This document shows, piece after piece, positions 29,217 through 38,354 of a stretch of 64,000 nucleotides of DNA. The notes beneath the pieces were generated by a model. The model had not been told where the DNA came from, made no database searches, and was given only the letters and a program-made list of their open reading frames with translations. The DNA comes from an uncultured Pelagibacteraceae bacterium. Lineage in GTDB: Bacteria > Pseudomonadota > Alphaproteobacteria > Pelagibacterales > Pelagibacteraceae. The DNA lies in NCBI GenBank assembly GCA_902570125.1, contig CACFXK010000002.1:18380-82379 (forward strand), in the 5' to 3' direction. Every line of letters starts with the position of its first letter. The stretch's first letter is position 1. Position numbers and translations under genes: made by a program.

Positions 29217-30161
29217 TTAGCTGTACATGCCCTCTTTTACTTTAATCATTTTGTACATAAGGTCATTTAATGGTGTGGCTATTCCATGTTTTTTTCCTAT
29301 TTTAGACACGGCGCCACTTATGAAATCAATTTCAGTTTTTCTTTTATAAAGCACATCAAAAGCCATTGAAGACTTATTTGTTTGTTTTGAGTCAACAATT
29401 TTATTAAACATAAATAAACACTCATCTTCAGAAACATTAACGCCATCTGCTAAAGCAACGTCTCTTGTTTCTAAAATTATCTTTTTTCCTAAACTTCTAG
29501 AAACGTCGTTGGCATTATTATTTATGTAAAGATCAGTATGATGTAGATCAAAAATAGCTGAAAGTGGGCCTATTGCGGTTAAAGCAAAAAGTTTCATCCA
29601 TTTTCTTTTTTTTACATCCTCAGCAGCAATCATTTCCAAATTATGAGCAGTAAAGGTGTCTGCAATTTCGGTTATTCTATTAGTTATCCCACCATCATAT
29701 TCTCCAATCCAAGAGGGTAGAGAAGCATGATTCATAATATGACCAGGACCTAAGATATTTGATGCTTGAGTTGTTGTTCCTCCGATTACTTTTTCATCGC
29801 CAACAATACTTTTAATTATAGCTTCATGTCCAATTCCATTTTGAAAAGACATAAAAACTGTTTTATCGTTAATAATATTTTTAATACTTTTTAAAGCAGG
29901 CTCTAGAGCTGTTGCTTTACACATCACTATCACAGCATCAACTTTTCCAATTGTAGATGGATCTGATGTTGCTGGTACTTTGATAAATCTATCACCACCA
30001 TGACCATCCATCTTTAGACCATTTTTATTTATTTCATCAACATGCTCTTTCCAAACGTCAATGAGCGTTACATTTAGACCTTTTTCTGCTAGTAGGCCTC
30101 CAAATAGACAACCCATTGCCCCTGCACCAAGAACCGCAACTTTTAAATCTTTATTATTCAT
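29217..30161 (-). CDS. Ketopantoate reductase (PanE/ApbA)-family 2-oxoacid reductase
   Basis: LGAGAMG, FQNGIG, WMKL (catalytic Lys), KSSM, TEIDFISG; substrate-site Asn residues altered. Confidence 0.85.
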   Translation of the reverse strand: MNNKDLKVAVLGAGAMGCLFGGLLAEKGLNVTLIDVWKEHVDEINKNGLKMDGHGGDRFIKVPATSDPSTIGKVDAVIVMCKATALEPALKSIKNIINDKTVFMSFQNGIGHEAIIKSIVGDEKVIGGTTTQASNILGPGHIMNHASLPSWIGEYDGGITNRITEIADTFTAHNLEMIAAEDVKKRKWMKLFALTAIGPLSAIFDLHHTDLYINNNANDVSRSLGKKIILETRDVALADGVNVSEDECLFMFNKIVDSKQTNKSSMAFDVLYKRKTEIDFISGAVSKIGKKHGIATPLNDLMYKMIKVKEGMYS

Positions 30162-30224
30162 TTTTAAAATCGAAATATATTTATGTAAAAAAATTATGCA
30201 ATATATTATGTAACTAATTTATAT

Positions 30225-31193
30225 ATGGAATTAAAAATAGAAAAAGGAATTTTCAAAAAATTTAAGTTAGAAGAAATATCAAACGCATTAGAAAAAGGTC
30301 TGTCAAAGAATTATGACAGTGTAAAAACAGAAGTAATTGATTGTCCAAATTTAAGAAACTGGGATTGTCCGTCTGAAGGCATGAGTGGTAACCAAAGGAT
30401 AATCGATGTTGGAGGAGAGCCTTACATGCATGATCCTAAATATCTTGGAACAGAATTTGATTATTTTGAAATCTCTAAAATGATTGGGTCAGAAAGATCG
30501 TACGCACTTGGCGCTGGATCTGGAGCAATGTCTTGCCTGGATGGACACTGTGGAGAATTGATTATAAATGAAAACTTTATTACAAAAGAAAATAAATCTT
30601 TAATTGCTAGGGTAGGAAAAGATAAAGAATGTATAGTAGAGGACTATACTGCAAGCAAACATGGCGGCCTGGGTAATGTTTATTATTCAGATGGTGTTAA
30701 AGGAAAAGTTATATATTTAAAGATAAAAAAAAGAATTGGAAAACAAGGTTCATTACCTCAATCAATAAGAGCAGTACTTTCAGAAAATCTTAAAATTGGG
30801 AATAAAAATCATATTGCTCTCGCTGGTGTATTTAGAGTTTTGAATGGAAAAATAAGATCACATGTACAACCAGATTATAAGGATATAAAACATGAATATT
30901 ATGATCCACAATTGATGAAATGCACAAAAGATTTTCTACAATTTTATGAGCCTGTTGGACCAAAATTACAATGCTATACTGTTTTATGGACTGGTGATCC
31001 AACGGGAGGAGAATTAAATTTAAGAGAGTCCGGTGAGCATACTCACTTTCACTCATATGAGCATAAGAATGATGCTGGACATTATCATTTTGATGTTTCA
31101 CCAGATGAAATTGAATATGAAGGGTACTTTAATATTGCACAAGAAGTATATAGAGTGAATAATATCTATAAAGAATTAAAAAATATAAAATGA
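30225..31193 (+). CDS. DUF1907 / C11orf54 (PTD012)-family Zn protein, putative beta-keto sugar acid decarboxylase
   Basis: Collinear with human C11orf54 as remembered: LEEI..ALEKGL..NY..V...VIDCPNL, RIIDVGGEPY, HVQP, EHTHFHS...GHYHFD..PD.IEYEGYF. Confidence 0.88.
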   Translation: MELKIEKGIFKKFKLEEISNALEKGLSKNYDSVKTEVIDCPNLRNWDCPSEGMSGNQRIIDVGGEPYMHDPKYLGTEFDYFEISKMIGSERSYALGAGSGAMSCLDGHCGELIINENFITKENKSLIARVGKDKECIVEDYTASKHGGLGNVYYSDGVKGKVIYLKIKKRIGKQGSLPQSIRAVLSENLKIGNKNHIALAGVFRVLNGKIRSHVQPDYKDIKHEYYDPQLMKCTKDFLQFYEPVGPKLQCYTVLWTGDPTGGELNLRESGEHTHFHSYEHKNDAGHYHFDVSPDEIEYEGYFNIAQEVYRVNNIYKELKNIK

Positions 31194-32005
31194 AAAAGAT
31201 TTATACTTGGGCCGCTCAACCTGCTAGCAGAACTCTTACAGTTGATGATCTTAAAAAAGCAAAAGGAAAAAAAAAATTTACTCAAGTCACAGCCAATACA
31301 ATAGATGAAGCTGATGCCGCAGAGAAGGCTGGGTTTGACATGATAATCTGCAATGCTTTTAATGTGAAACAGGTGAGAGAGGGATCAAAAAATCTATTTT
31401 TAACTGCTGCGCTAGTATTAAATAAGTTTGTCACTTCGGAAGATATCATGAGAGGAGCGTTTGAAGCCCTAGAAAATGGAGCTGATGCTGTAATGACACC
31501 TAGAAGTATGAAGATCATAGAAATGCTGGCTAATGAAGATGTTCCAGTTATGGGACATCTTGGTTTAGTTCCAAGAAAATCAACGTGGATTGGTGGTTTA
31601 AGAGCAGTAGGAAAAAATAGTGAAGAGGCACATGAACTTTTTTTAAAATTTAAAAGATTAGAAGATGCAGGAGCTTTTTCTGCTGAATGTGAGGTTATCC
31701 CAGAAAATGTAATGGGAGAAATCTCTAAAAGAACGAATATAGTTACAGTATCTTTAGGTTCAGGAAAGAAAGCTGATGTAATGTACCTGTTCATGGAAGA
31801 CATATGTGGAGATACTTTAAATCCTCCAAGACATTCAAAAGCTTATGGAAATTTATTAAAATTAAAAAATGAAATAAAAGTTGAGAGAGTTCGAGCTCTT
31901 AAGGCATTCAAAAAAGATTCAATGGCAGGAAAATTTCCAGGAAAAAAACAATCTTCAAATTTAAATAAAAAAGAATTCGAGTCTTTTCTTGATAAGCTTG
32001 ATTAA
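31190..32005 (+). CDS. PanB (ketopantoate hydroxymethyltransferase)-like protein, degenerate
   Basis: VPVMGHLGLVP, LEDAGAF, ECEVIP, SLGSG...D retained; GDS, DLPF and KIEGG motifs missing. Confidence 0.8.
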   Translation: MKKIYTWAAQPASRTLTVDDLKKAKGKKKFTQVTANTIDEADAAEKAGFDMIICNAFNVKQVREGSKNLFLTAALVLNKFVTSEDIMRGAFEALENGADAVMTPRSMKIIEMLANEDVPVMGHLGLVPRKSTWIGGLRAVGKNSEEAHELFLKFKRLEDAGAFSAECEVIPENVMGEISKRTNIVTVSLGSGKKADVMYLFMEDICGDTLNPPRHSKAYGNLLKLKNEIKVERVRALKAFKKDSMAGKFPGKKQSSNLNKKEFESFLDKLD

Positions 32006-32793
32006 TAAGTTTCAGATTCTTTTTTGCTTATTGAGCCTTTCATTTTTTCAACAATTGCTTTAGCACCTGCGCTCATAGCTCTTTGATCTGCACCAATAGT
32101 TACAAAGTTAAAACCTTTGTCGATCATTTTTTGTGCGTACTCTGGAGTTCCATTATGAATTCCTGCAAATATATTATTTTTTTTGGCATGCTCTAATATT
32201 CTTAATATTTCTGAATAAGCTTTTGTATCTTCTGCTCTGTCAAACCCAGGCTTTTCTCCTATTGCTAAACTTAAGTCAGCTGGACCAATATATATTCCAT
32301 CTACGCCATCTGTTGACATAATCTCATCTAATTTATCTAATGACTCTTTTGTTTCAATCATAGCTAATTTTAAAATTTCATCATTTGCATGGTCAGCATA
32401 ATCAGCTCCACCATAAATCAATCCTCTAACAGGACCAAAACTTCTATATCCTCTTGGAGGATACATACAAGCTTGAACAAATCTTTCCGCCTCTTCTTTG
32501 TTACTTACCATTGGACATATAATTCCATAACAACCAGCGTCTAAAATTTTCATTATTTGGCCTGGTTCATTCCAATTTACTCTAGCAAGAGGAGTTACAT
32601 CAGTTGATGAAATTGTTTGAAGCATTGGAAGTGCATTTGTGTAATCAACAAGTCCATGTTGCATATCTACAGTTAGAGAGTCCCAACCTTGATGCGCCAT
32701 AACTTCTGCTGATACAGTGCTTGGTATTTGTAACCAACCATTTACAACAGGCTTACCATCAGCCATCATTTGTTTGACTTTATTTTTTCTCAT
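32002..32793 (-). CDS. HpcH/HpaI-family class II pyruvate aldolase (GarL/RhmA-like)
   Basis: VDMQHG, PLARV, ILDAG, CPMV, YPPRGYRSFG, MIET, YIGPADL. Confidence 0.9.
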   Translation of the reverse strand: MRKNKVKQMMADGKPVVNGWLQIPSTVSAEVMAHQGWDSLTVDMQHGLVDYTNALPMLQTISSTDVTPLARVNWNEPGQIMKILDAGCYGIICPMVSNKEEAERFVQACMYPPRGYRSFGPVRGLIYGGADYADHANDEILKLAMIETKESLDKLDEIMSTDGVDGIYIGPADLSLAIGEKPGFDRAEDTKAYSEILRILEHAKKNNIFAGIHNGTPEYAQKMIDKGFNFVTIGADQRAMSAGAKAIVEKMKGSISKKESETY

Positions 32794-34235
32794 TAATAAT
32801 TGAGACCGAAGTGAGTATACTTAACGTTCAAATAATCTTTGATAGCCATTGAACCACCTTCTCTTCCATAACCTGTTTGTTTTATTCCTCCAAAAGGTAC
32901 TTCAGCAAATGCAATTGTTGGATGGTTCACTGCGCATGTTCCAGTTTCCATTTTTTCTGAGACTTTGTGTGCTTTTTCTAAAGAATTAGTGTAAATATAG
33001 CTTGCTAAACCAAGGTCATTATCATTTGCTCTTTCCACAACTTCATCTGTGTCTTTAAAAGTAAGCAATGGAACTAAAGGTCCGAATGGCTCTTCTTTAG
33101 CAATTGTAAAATTATCTTTAACATTGTCAAAAACAGTTGGTTCATAGAAATATCCTTTATTAAAACCAGCTGGTCTCTTTCCCCCACATAAAACTGTTGC
33201 TCCCTCACTTTTAGTTTTTTCTACTAATGCCTCTATTTCATTTAATCTTTTTTCTGTAGTTAAAGGTCCTAGAATTGTATCTTCATCCATTCCGTTACCA
33301 ACTTTCAGTTTAGTAACCTTTTCAACTAATTTTTTAGCAAATTCATCTTTTTTACTTTCATGAATATAAAATCTTGCTGGTGATATACAAACTTGACCAT
33401 TATTCCTAAATTTAGCAGTAATTGCCATGTCGGTTACCTTGTTAATATCTACGTCGTCAAAAACAATGAAAGGTGAATGGCCACTTAATTCCATTGTAAC
33501 TCTTTGGACTTTTTCAGCAGCTTGTTTTAAAATTAGTTTTCCAACTCTTGTTGAACCAGTTATAGAAACCTTTTTTACTATGTCAGATGATATTAATTGA
33601 GATGAGATTTTAGCTGGATCACCAGATAATAAATTTACTACTCCTGGAGGAACGCCCGCATCATTTATAATATTCATAAGTTCCATTACACTACCTGGAG
33701 TAATTACATCAGGCTTACAAATTACTGAGCATCCTGCAGCTAAAGCAGTGGAAATTTTTCTTGAGGATAAAACTATTGGAAAGTTCCATGGTATTAATCC
33801 AGCAACAACTCCAACAGGTTCATATTTTACATACATTCTTGTATGTTCAAATCTACTTTCAACTATCTGACCATAAATTCTTTTTGTTTCTTCAGAGTTC
33901 CACTCAAAAATATCTGCAGCTCCTCCAACTTCCCCTTTTGCTTCTGATAGTGGCTTTCCAACTTCTAATGTTAACCACTTAGCCAAATCATCAGTTCTCT
34001 CTCTCATAAGGTCGGCAATTTTTCTTATAATTTTTGATCTTTGCCAAGGTGGAGTATTTCTCCAAACTTCTAGACCTTTTTCTGCAGACTTAAGTGCTTT
34101 ATTTACATCTTTTTCACCTGCTTTAGATGCTTTACCTAAAACTTCTTCTGTTGCAGGATTTAAAACATCATAAGTTTCATTATTTTGTGATGCTTGCCAT
34201 TTGCCATCAATGAATTGTCCAAATTTGCTATACAT
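32793..34235 (-). CDS. NAD-dependent aldehyde dehydrogenase (SSADH / alpha-ketoglutarate semialdehyde dehydrogenase type)
   Basis: PWNFP, TGSTRVG, TMELSGH, KFRNNGQVCISP, EEPFGP, PFGGIKQTGYGREGG. Confidence 0.9.
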   Translation of the reverse strand: MYSKFGQFIDGKWQASQNNETYDVLNPATEEVLGKASKAGEKDVNKALKSAEKGLEVWRNTPPWQRSKIIRKIADLMRERTDDLAKWLTLEVGKPLSEAKGEVGGAADIFEWNSEETKRIYGQIVESRFEHTRMYVKYEPVGVVAGLIPWNFPIVLSSRKISTALAAGCSVICKPDVITPGSVMELMNIINDAGVPPGVVNLLSGDPAKISSQLISSDIVKKVSITGSTRVGKLILKQAAEKVQRVTMELSGHSPFIVFDDVDINKVTDMAITAKFRNNGQVCISPARFYIHESKKDEFAKKLVEKVTKLKVGNGMDEDTILGPLTTEKRLNEIEALVEKTKSEGATVLCGGKRPAGFNKGYFYEPTVFDNVKDNFTIAKEEPFGPLVPLLTFKDTDEVVERANDNDLGLASYIYTNSLEKAHKVSEKMETGTCAVNHPTIAFAEVPFGGIKQTGYGREGGSMAIKDYLNVKYTHFGLNY

Positions 34236-34290
34236 AATTTTTATTTTGTGGTTTATTAGTTGAATATTTGAAGAGAATATAACTAGAAAA

Positions 34291-36135
34291 ATGAGAAAAA
34301 TAAAGCTTACTTGCGCGCATGCATTGGTTAAACATTTAATAGCTCAGAAAGTCTATATTGATGGTCAAGTTAAGCCTTTGTTTCCTGGTGTATTCGGTAT
34401 TTTTGGACATGGAAATGTAGCCTGTCTAGGACAAGCATTAGAAGAAAATAAAGAGCAACTTCCAACTTTCAGAGGTCATCACGAACAAAATATGGCTTTA
34501 ACAGGTGTTGCTTATGCAAGAGCTAAAAGAAGAAAGCAAATTTTTATTGCAACAAGTTCGGTTGGACCAGGATCTACAAATCTAGTTACAGCATCAGCTG
34601 TAGCAATGAGTAATAGATTGCCAATTTTATTTTTACCTGGAGACACTTACGCAAATAGAATGCCTGATCCTGTATTACAACAAGTGGAACATTTTTCAAA
34701 TCCTGGAATGACTGCTAACGACTCATTTAAACCAGTTACAAAATATTTTGATAGAATTACAAGACCAGAACAAATATTACAGTCACTTCCTCAAGCAATT
34801 CAAATCATGTTAGATCCAGCAGAGTGTGGACCTGCATGTTTATCTTTGTGCCAAGATGTACAAGGTGAAACTTTTGAGTATCCAGAAGAATTTTTTAAAG
34901 AAAGAATTCATTATATAAGAAGACCTAGACCTGACGATTTTCAAATCAAACAAGCAGTAGAAAAAATTAAAAATTCGAAAAAACCTATTATAATTTCTGG
35001 AGGGGGAGTATTTTATTCTGATGCTATGGATGAGTTAGCCAATTTTGCAATTAAACATAATATACCAGTAACTCAAACGGTTATGGGATATTCAACAATG
35101 AAAAAAGATCATTCTCATTTTGTAGGACCAATAGGTGGCTTAGGTGGTAAGGCAGCAAATAACTTAGCAAAAGAAACTGATTTAGCAATCTGCGTAGGAA
35201 CTAAGCTTGCAGATTTTACAACTGGCTCGTGGGCTAATTTTGAAAATCCTAAATTTAAATTAGTTTCAATTAATATAGCAAGACATGATGCTAATAAACA
35301 TTTAGGAGAAGCAGTTATAGGTGATGCAAAAGTTTCCTTAACAGAATTATCTAATGCTGTTGGAGATTGGAAATCATCTGATAGCTGGTATAAAAAATCA
35401 CAAGATGAGTTAAAATCTTGGAATGAATATGTAGATAAAGAAAGTGGCCCAACAAATCAAGAATTGCCAAGTTACGCTCACGCTGTTGGAGCAATTTATA
35501 GGAATTCAGATCCAACTGATATAGCAGTTACAGCAGCCGGAGGTTTGGTCGGAGAAGTTGTTCAAGTGTGGCGTCCAAAAGAGTTAAATACTCATGAAAC
35601 AGAGTGGGGATTTAGTTGCATGAGTTATGAAATTTCTGGTGCTCTTGGTATAAAAATGGCCAATCCTGATAAAGACGTAATTGCTTTTGTTGGCGATGGA
35701 TCATACCTACTTAACAATTCAGATATATATTCTTCAGTAATTACTAATAATAAATTAATAATCATTGTGTGTGATAATGGAGGTCATGCTGTTATAAATA
35801 GACTTCAATTGTTCAAGGGTGGAAAAGAATTTAATTGTTTGTTTAACTCTTCAAATATTCAAAACTCCATAGATGTAAATTTCGCTCAACATGCAGCAAG
35901 TATGGGAGCAAAATCAGAACATGTTTCTAGTATTTCAGAATTAGAAGAAGCATTTAAAAGAGCAAAACAATCAGATGTAACTTATGTTATATCAATTAAA
36001 ACACATAGTTACGAATGGCTTGAAGGATCAGCTTATTGGGAAAGCCCTACACTTGAGATACCAACAACAAAAGAGAACGAGGAAGCATTAAAACTTCACA
36101 AAGAAGGAAAATCAAAACAGAGACAAGGTGTTTAA
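34291..36135 (+). CDS. iolD: 3D-(3,5/4)-trihydroxycyclohexane-1,2-dione acylhydrolase (ThDP-dependent)
   Basis: FGIFGHGNV, TSSVGPGSTN, PDPVLQQVE, NDSFKPV..YFDRITRPEQ, EWGFSCMSYEI, GDGSY...DNGG..VINRLQ. Confidence 0.9.
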   Translation: MRKIKLTCAHALVKHLIAQKVYIDGQVKPLFPGVFGIFGHGNVACLGQALEENKEQLPTFRGHHEQNMALTGVAYARAKRRKQIFIATSSVGPGSTNLVTASAVAMSNRLPILFLPGDTYANRMPDPVLQQVEHFSNPGMTANDSFKPVTKYFDRITRPEQILQSLPQAIQIMLDPAECGPACLSLCQDVQGETFEYPEEFFKERIHYIRRPRPDDFQIKQAVEKIKNSKKPIIISGGGVFYSDAMDELANFAIKHNIPVTQTVMGYSTMKKDHSHFVGPIGGLGGKAANNLAKETDLAICVGTKLADFTTGSWANFENPKFKLVSINIARHDANKHLGEAVIGDAKVSLTELSNAVGDWKSSDSWYKKSQDELKSWNEYVDKESGPTNQELPSYAHAVGAIYRNSDPTDIAVTAAGGLVGEVVQVWRPKELNTHETEWGFSCMSYEISGALGIKMANPDKDVIAFVGDGSYLLNNSDIYSSVITNNKLIIIVCDNGGHAVINRLQLFKGGKEFNCLFNSSNIQNSIDVNFAQHAASMGAKSEHVSSISELEEAFKRAKQSDVTYVISIKTHSYEWLEGSAYWESPTLEIPTTKENEEALKLHKEGKSKQRQGV

Positions 36136-36144
36136 AAACTTTAT

Positions 36145-37302
36145 ATGAATAAAGTTTTTAAAATTGGCTTAATAGGCTGCGGACATATTGCTGAAACATA
36201 TTTTAGAGCTGAAAAATATTTTAATAATATAAAAATTATTAAGTGTGCTGATATTAATATGCAAGCTGCAAAACGTTGTGCATTGAATTATGGGATAAAA
36301 TTTTTAACTGTAAACGAACTTCTTAAAGACAAAGAAATTGAAATTATTTTAAACCTTACAATTCCAAAAGCACATTATCTAATTTCTAAAAAAGCTTTAG
36401 CAAATGGAAAACATGTATACTCTGAAAAGCCTTTAGCAATAAATTTAAAAGATGGAAAAGATTTAATAAAACTTTCAAAGAAAAATAAACTTTATTTAGG
36501 TAATGCTCCTGACACTTTTTTGGGTGGTGGAATACAAAAATCAAAAGAACTCGTTGAAAAAAATTCTATCGGAAAAATAAAATTAGGTAATGCAGTTTTT
36601 GCTTTTCCTGGAATTGAGTCTTATCACCCTAACCCTGAACCTTGGTTTGCAAAAAAAGAAGGAGGTCCTGTTATTGATATGGGACCTTATTATATTACTG
36701 CTTTAGTAAATCTTTTAGGACCTGCAAGAAAAGTAATTAGCACCATCATTCAAGGTCAAAAATATAGGACTATAGGAATAGGACCAAAAAAAGGAAAAAA
36801 ATTTAAGGTAGAATGTCCAACTACATATTTATCCACAATCACTTTTAAAAATAACTCTGTTATAAGATTAACATTATCATTTGATGTAATAGCTCATCAA
36901 AGAAATCATATTGAATTATATGGAGAAAAGGGGTCAATGATTGTTCCAGATCCAAATATGTTTGGCGGATCAGTGTTAATCTGTAATAAATTAGGTGATA
37001 ACTGGAGAGAATTTAAGACCACAAAAATGTCTTTAGGACGTATTAACATTAGAACACAAAGTTCTAGAGCTAACGAAGCGCCAACCAATGCAAACTATCG
37101 AGGAGCTGGATTGTCTGAGATGGCATATTCAATTGAGAACAAAAGAAAACATTTATGTAGTGGTGAAATATCTTTACATGTATTAGAAATTATAACTTCA
37201 ATTATGAAAGCAGCTAAATCTGGAAAATCTGTATCAGTAAATACAAACTGCGCAAAACCAAAAAAGTTTTTAGAAATAGATGCAAAGAAATTACTTAAAT
37301 AA
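36145..37302 (+). CDS. Gfo/Idh/MocA oxidoreductase
   Basis: IGCGHI, NLTIPKAH, YSEKPLA, GNAPDTFLGGG, GGPVIDMGPYY. Confidence 0.88.
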   Translation: MNKVFKIGLIGCGHIAETYFRAEKYFNNIKIIKCADINMQAAKRCALNYGIKFLTVNELLKDKEIEIILNLTIPKAHYLISKKALANGKHVYSEKPLAINLKDGKDLIKLSKKNKLYLGNAPDTFLGGGIQKSKELVEKNSIGKIKLGNAVFAFPGIESYHPNPEPWFAKKEGGPVIDMGPYYITALVNLLGPARKVISTIIQGQKYRTIGIGPKKGKKFKVECPTTYLSTITFKNNSVIRLTLSFDVIAHQRNHIELYGEKGSMIVPDPNMFGGSVLICNKLGDNWREFKTTKMSLGRINIRTQSSRANEAPTNANYRGAGLSEMAYSIENKRKHLCSGEISLHVLEIITSIMKAAKSGKSVSVNTNCAKPKKFLEIDAKKLLK

Positions 37303-37309
37303 ATAGAAA

Positions 37310-38332
37310 GTGAAAAAACATATAGTTATTTCTGATCCATTTCCAAGAAAATTAAACTTAATTTTTTCGAAAAAAAAACTTAAGGAATTAAAATCAAAAT
37401 ATAAATTATTAAAAGCTCCTAAATTAAATAAAAAAAATTTTTATGAAAAAAATATTCATAAAGCTACGTTTATATTGGGTCAACCAGATCTAAATAAAAA
37501 TCTTTTATCAAAAGCTACTAAGTTGAAATGTATTATAAATGTTGAAAGCAATTTTATGGATAATATTGATTATGATTATTGCTTTAAAAAAAAAATTGAT
37601 ATTATTGCTACATCACCAGTTTTTTCAAAGCCTGTTGCTGAAATAGCACTAGGTATGACTTTATCTATATTAAGAAATATACATAATGCTCATTATGATT
37701 TTATAAAAGGTAAAGAAAAATATGGTTTAATGAGTAATTTAAATGCTTCACTTTTGACAAATAAAAACATCGGTCTAGTTGGCTTTGGAGATTTAGCTAA
37801 GGCGCTTTACCCATTGTTGTTACCCTTTACAAAAAACATAAATGTTTATGATCCTTGGGTGCCAAGCAAAATTATTAAGAAGGCTGGCTTTAAATCTATA
37901 AATTTAAATAAAATGTTTAGAAATTGTGAGATTATTTATGTATTGGCTACAATCACAACTAAAAACAAAAATTTAATAAACAAAAAATTATTGAATAAAA
38001 TGAAGCCAAAATCAGTTTTTATTTTAATGAGTAGAGCAGCGATTGTTAACTTTGAAGATCTTAAAAAAAGAATTAAAAAAGGGGATATATATGTTGCAAC
38101 AGACGTATTCCCTGAAGAGCCGGTAAAAAAAAATGATCCAATTAGAAAACTTAAAAATGTATTATTTTCAGCTCATAGAGCTGGAGCTTTAGAACAGGCT
38201 TTTTTTGATATGGGTGAAATTGTTCTGAAAGATATGAGCCTAATTTTGAAAAAAATACCTCCAAAATTCTGCAAAAGGGCTGAAAGAAAAACTGTAAAGC
38301 TATTAGCCTCAAAACCTGTTGCAATTAACTGA
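37310..38332 (+). CDS. D-isomer-specific 2-hydroxyacid dehydrogenase
   Basis: GTG start; GFGDLA, SRAAIV, DVFPEEP, SAHRAG. Confidence 0.85.
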   Translation: MKKHIVISDPFPRKLNLIFSKKKLKELKSKYKLLKAPKLNKKNFYEKNIHKATFILGQPDLNKNLLSKATKLKCIINVESNFMDNIDYDYCFKKKIDIIATSPVFSKPVAEIALGMTLSILRNIHNAHYDFIKGKEKYGLMSNLNASLLTNKNIGLVGFGDLAKALYPLLLPFTKNINVYDPWVPSKIIKKAGFKSINLNKMFRNCEIIYVLATITTKNKNLINKKLLNKMKPKSVFILMSRAAIVNFEDLKKRIKKGDIYVATDVFPEEPVKKNDPIRKLKNVLFSAHRAGALEQAFFDMGEIVLKDMSLILKKIPPKFCKRAERKTVKLLASKPVAIN

Positions 38333-38354
38333 TTTTTTTATATTTTCTTCACTT

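Noticed and set aside
29217-32005. Pantothenate biosynthesis cluster (panE + panB)
   Set aside because: The PanB-like protein lacks its metal ligands, the PanE-like pocket is altered, and no panC/panD is nearby.
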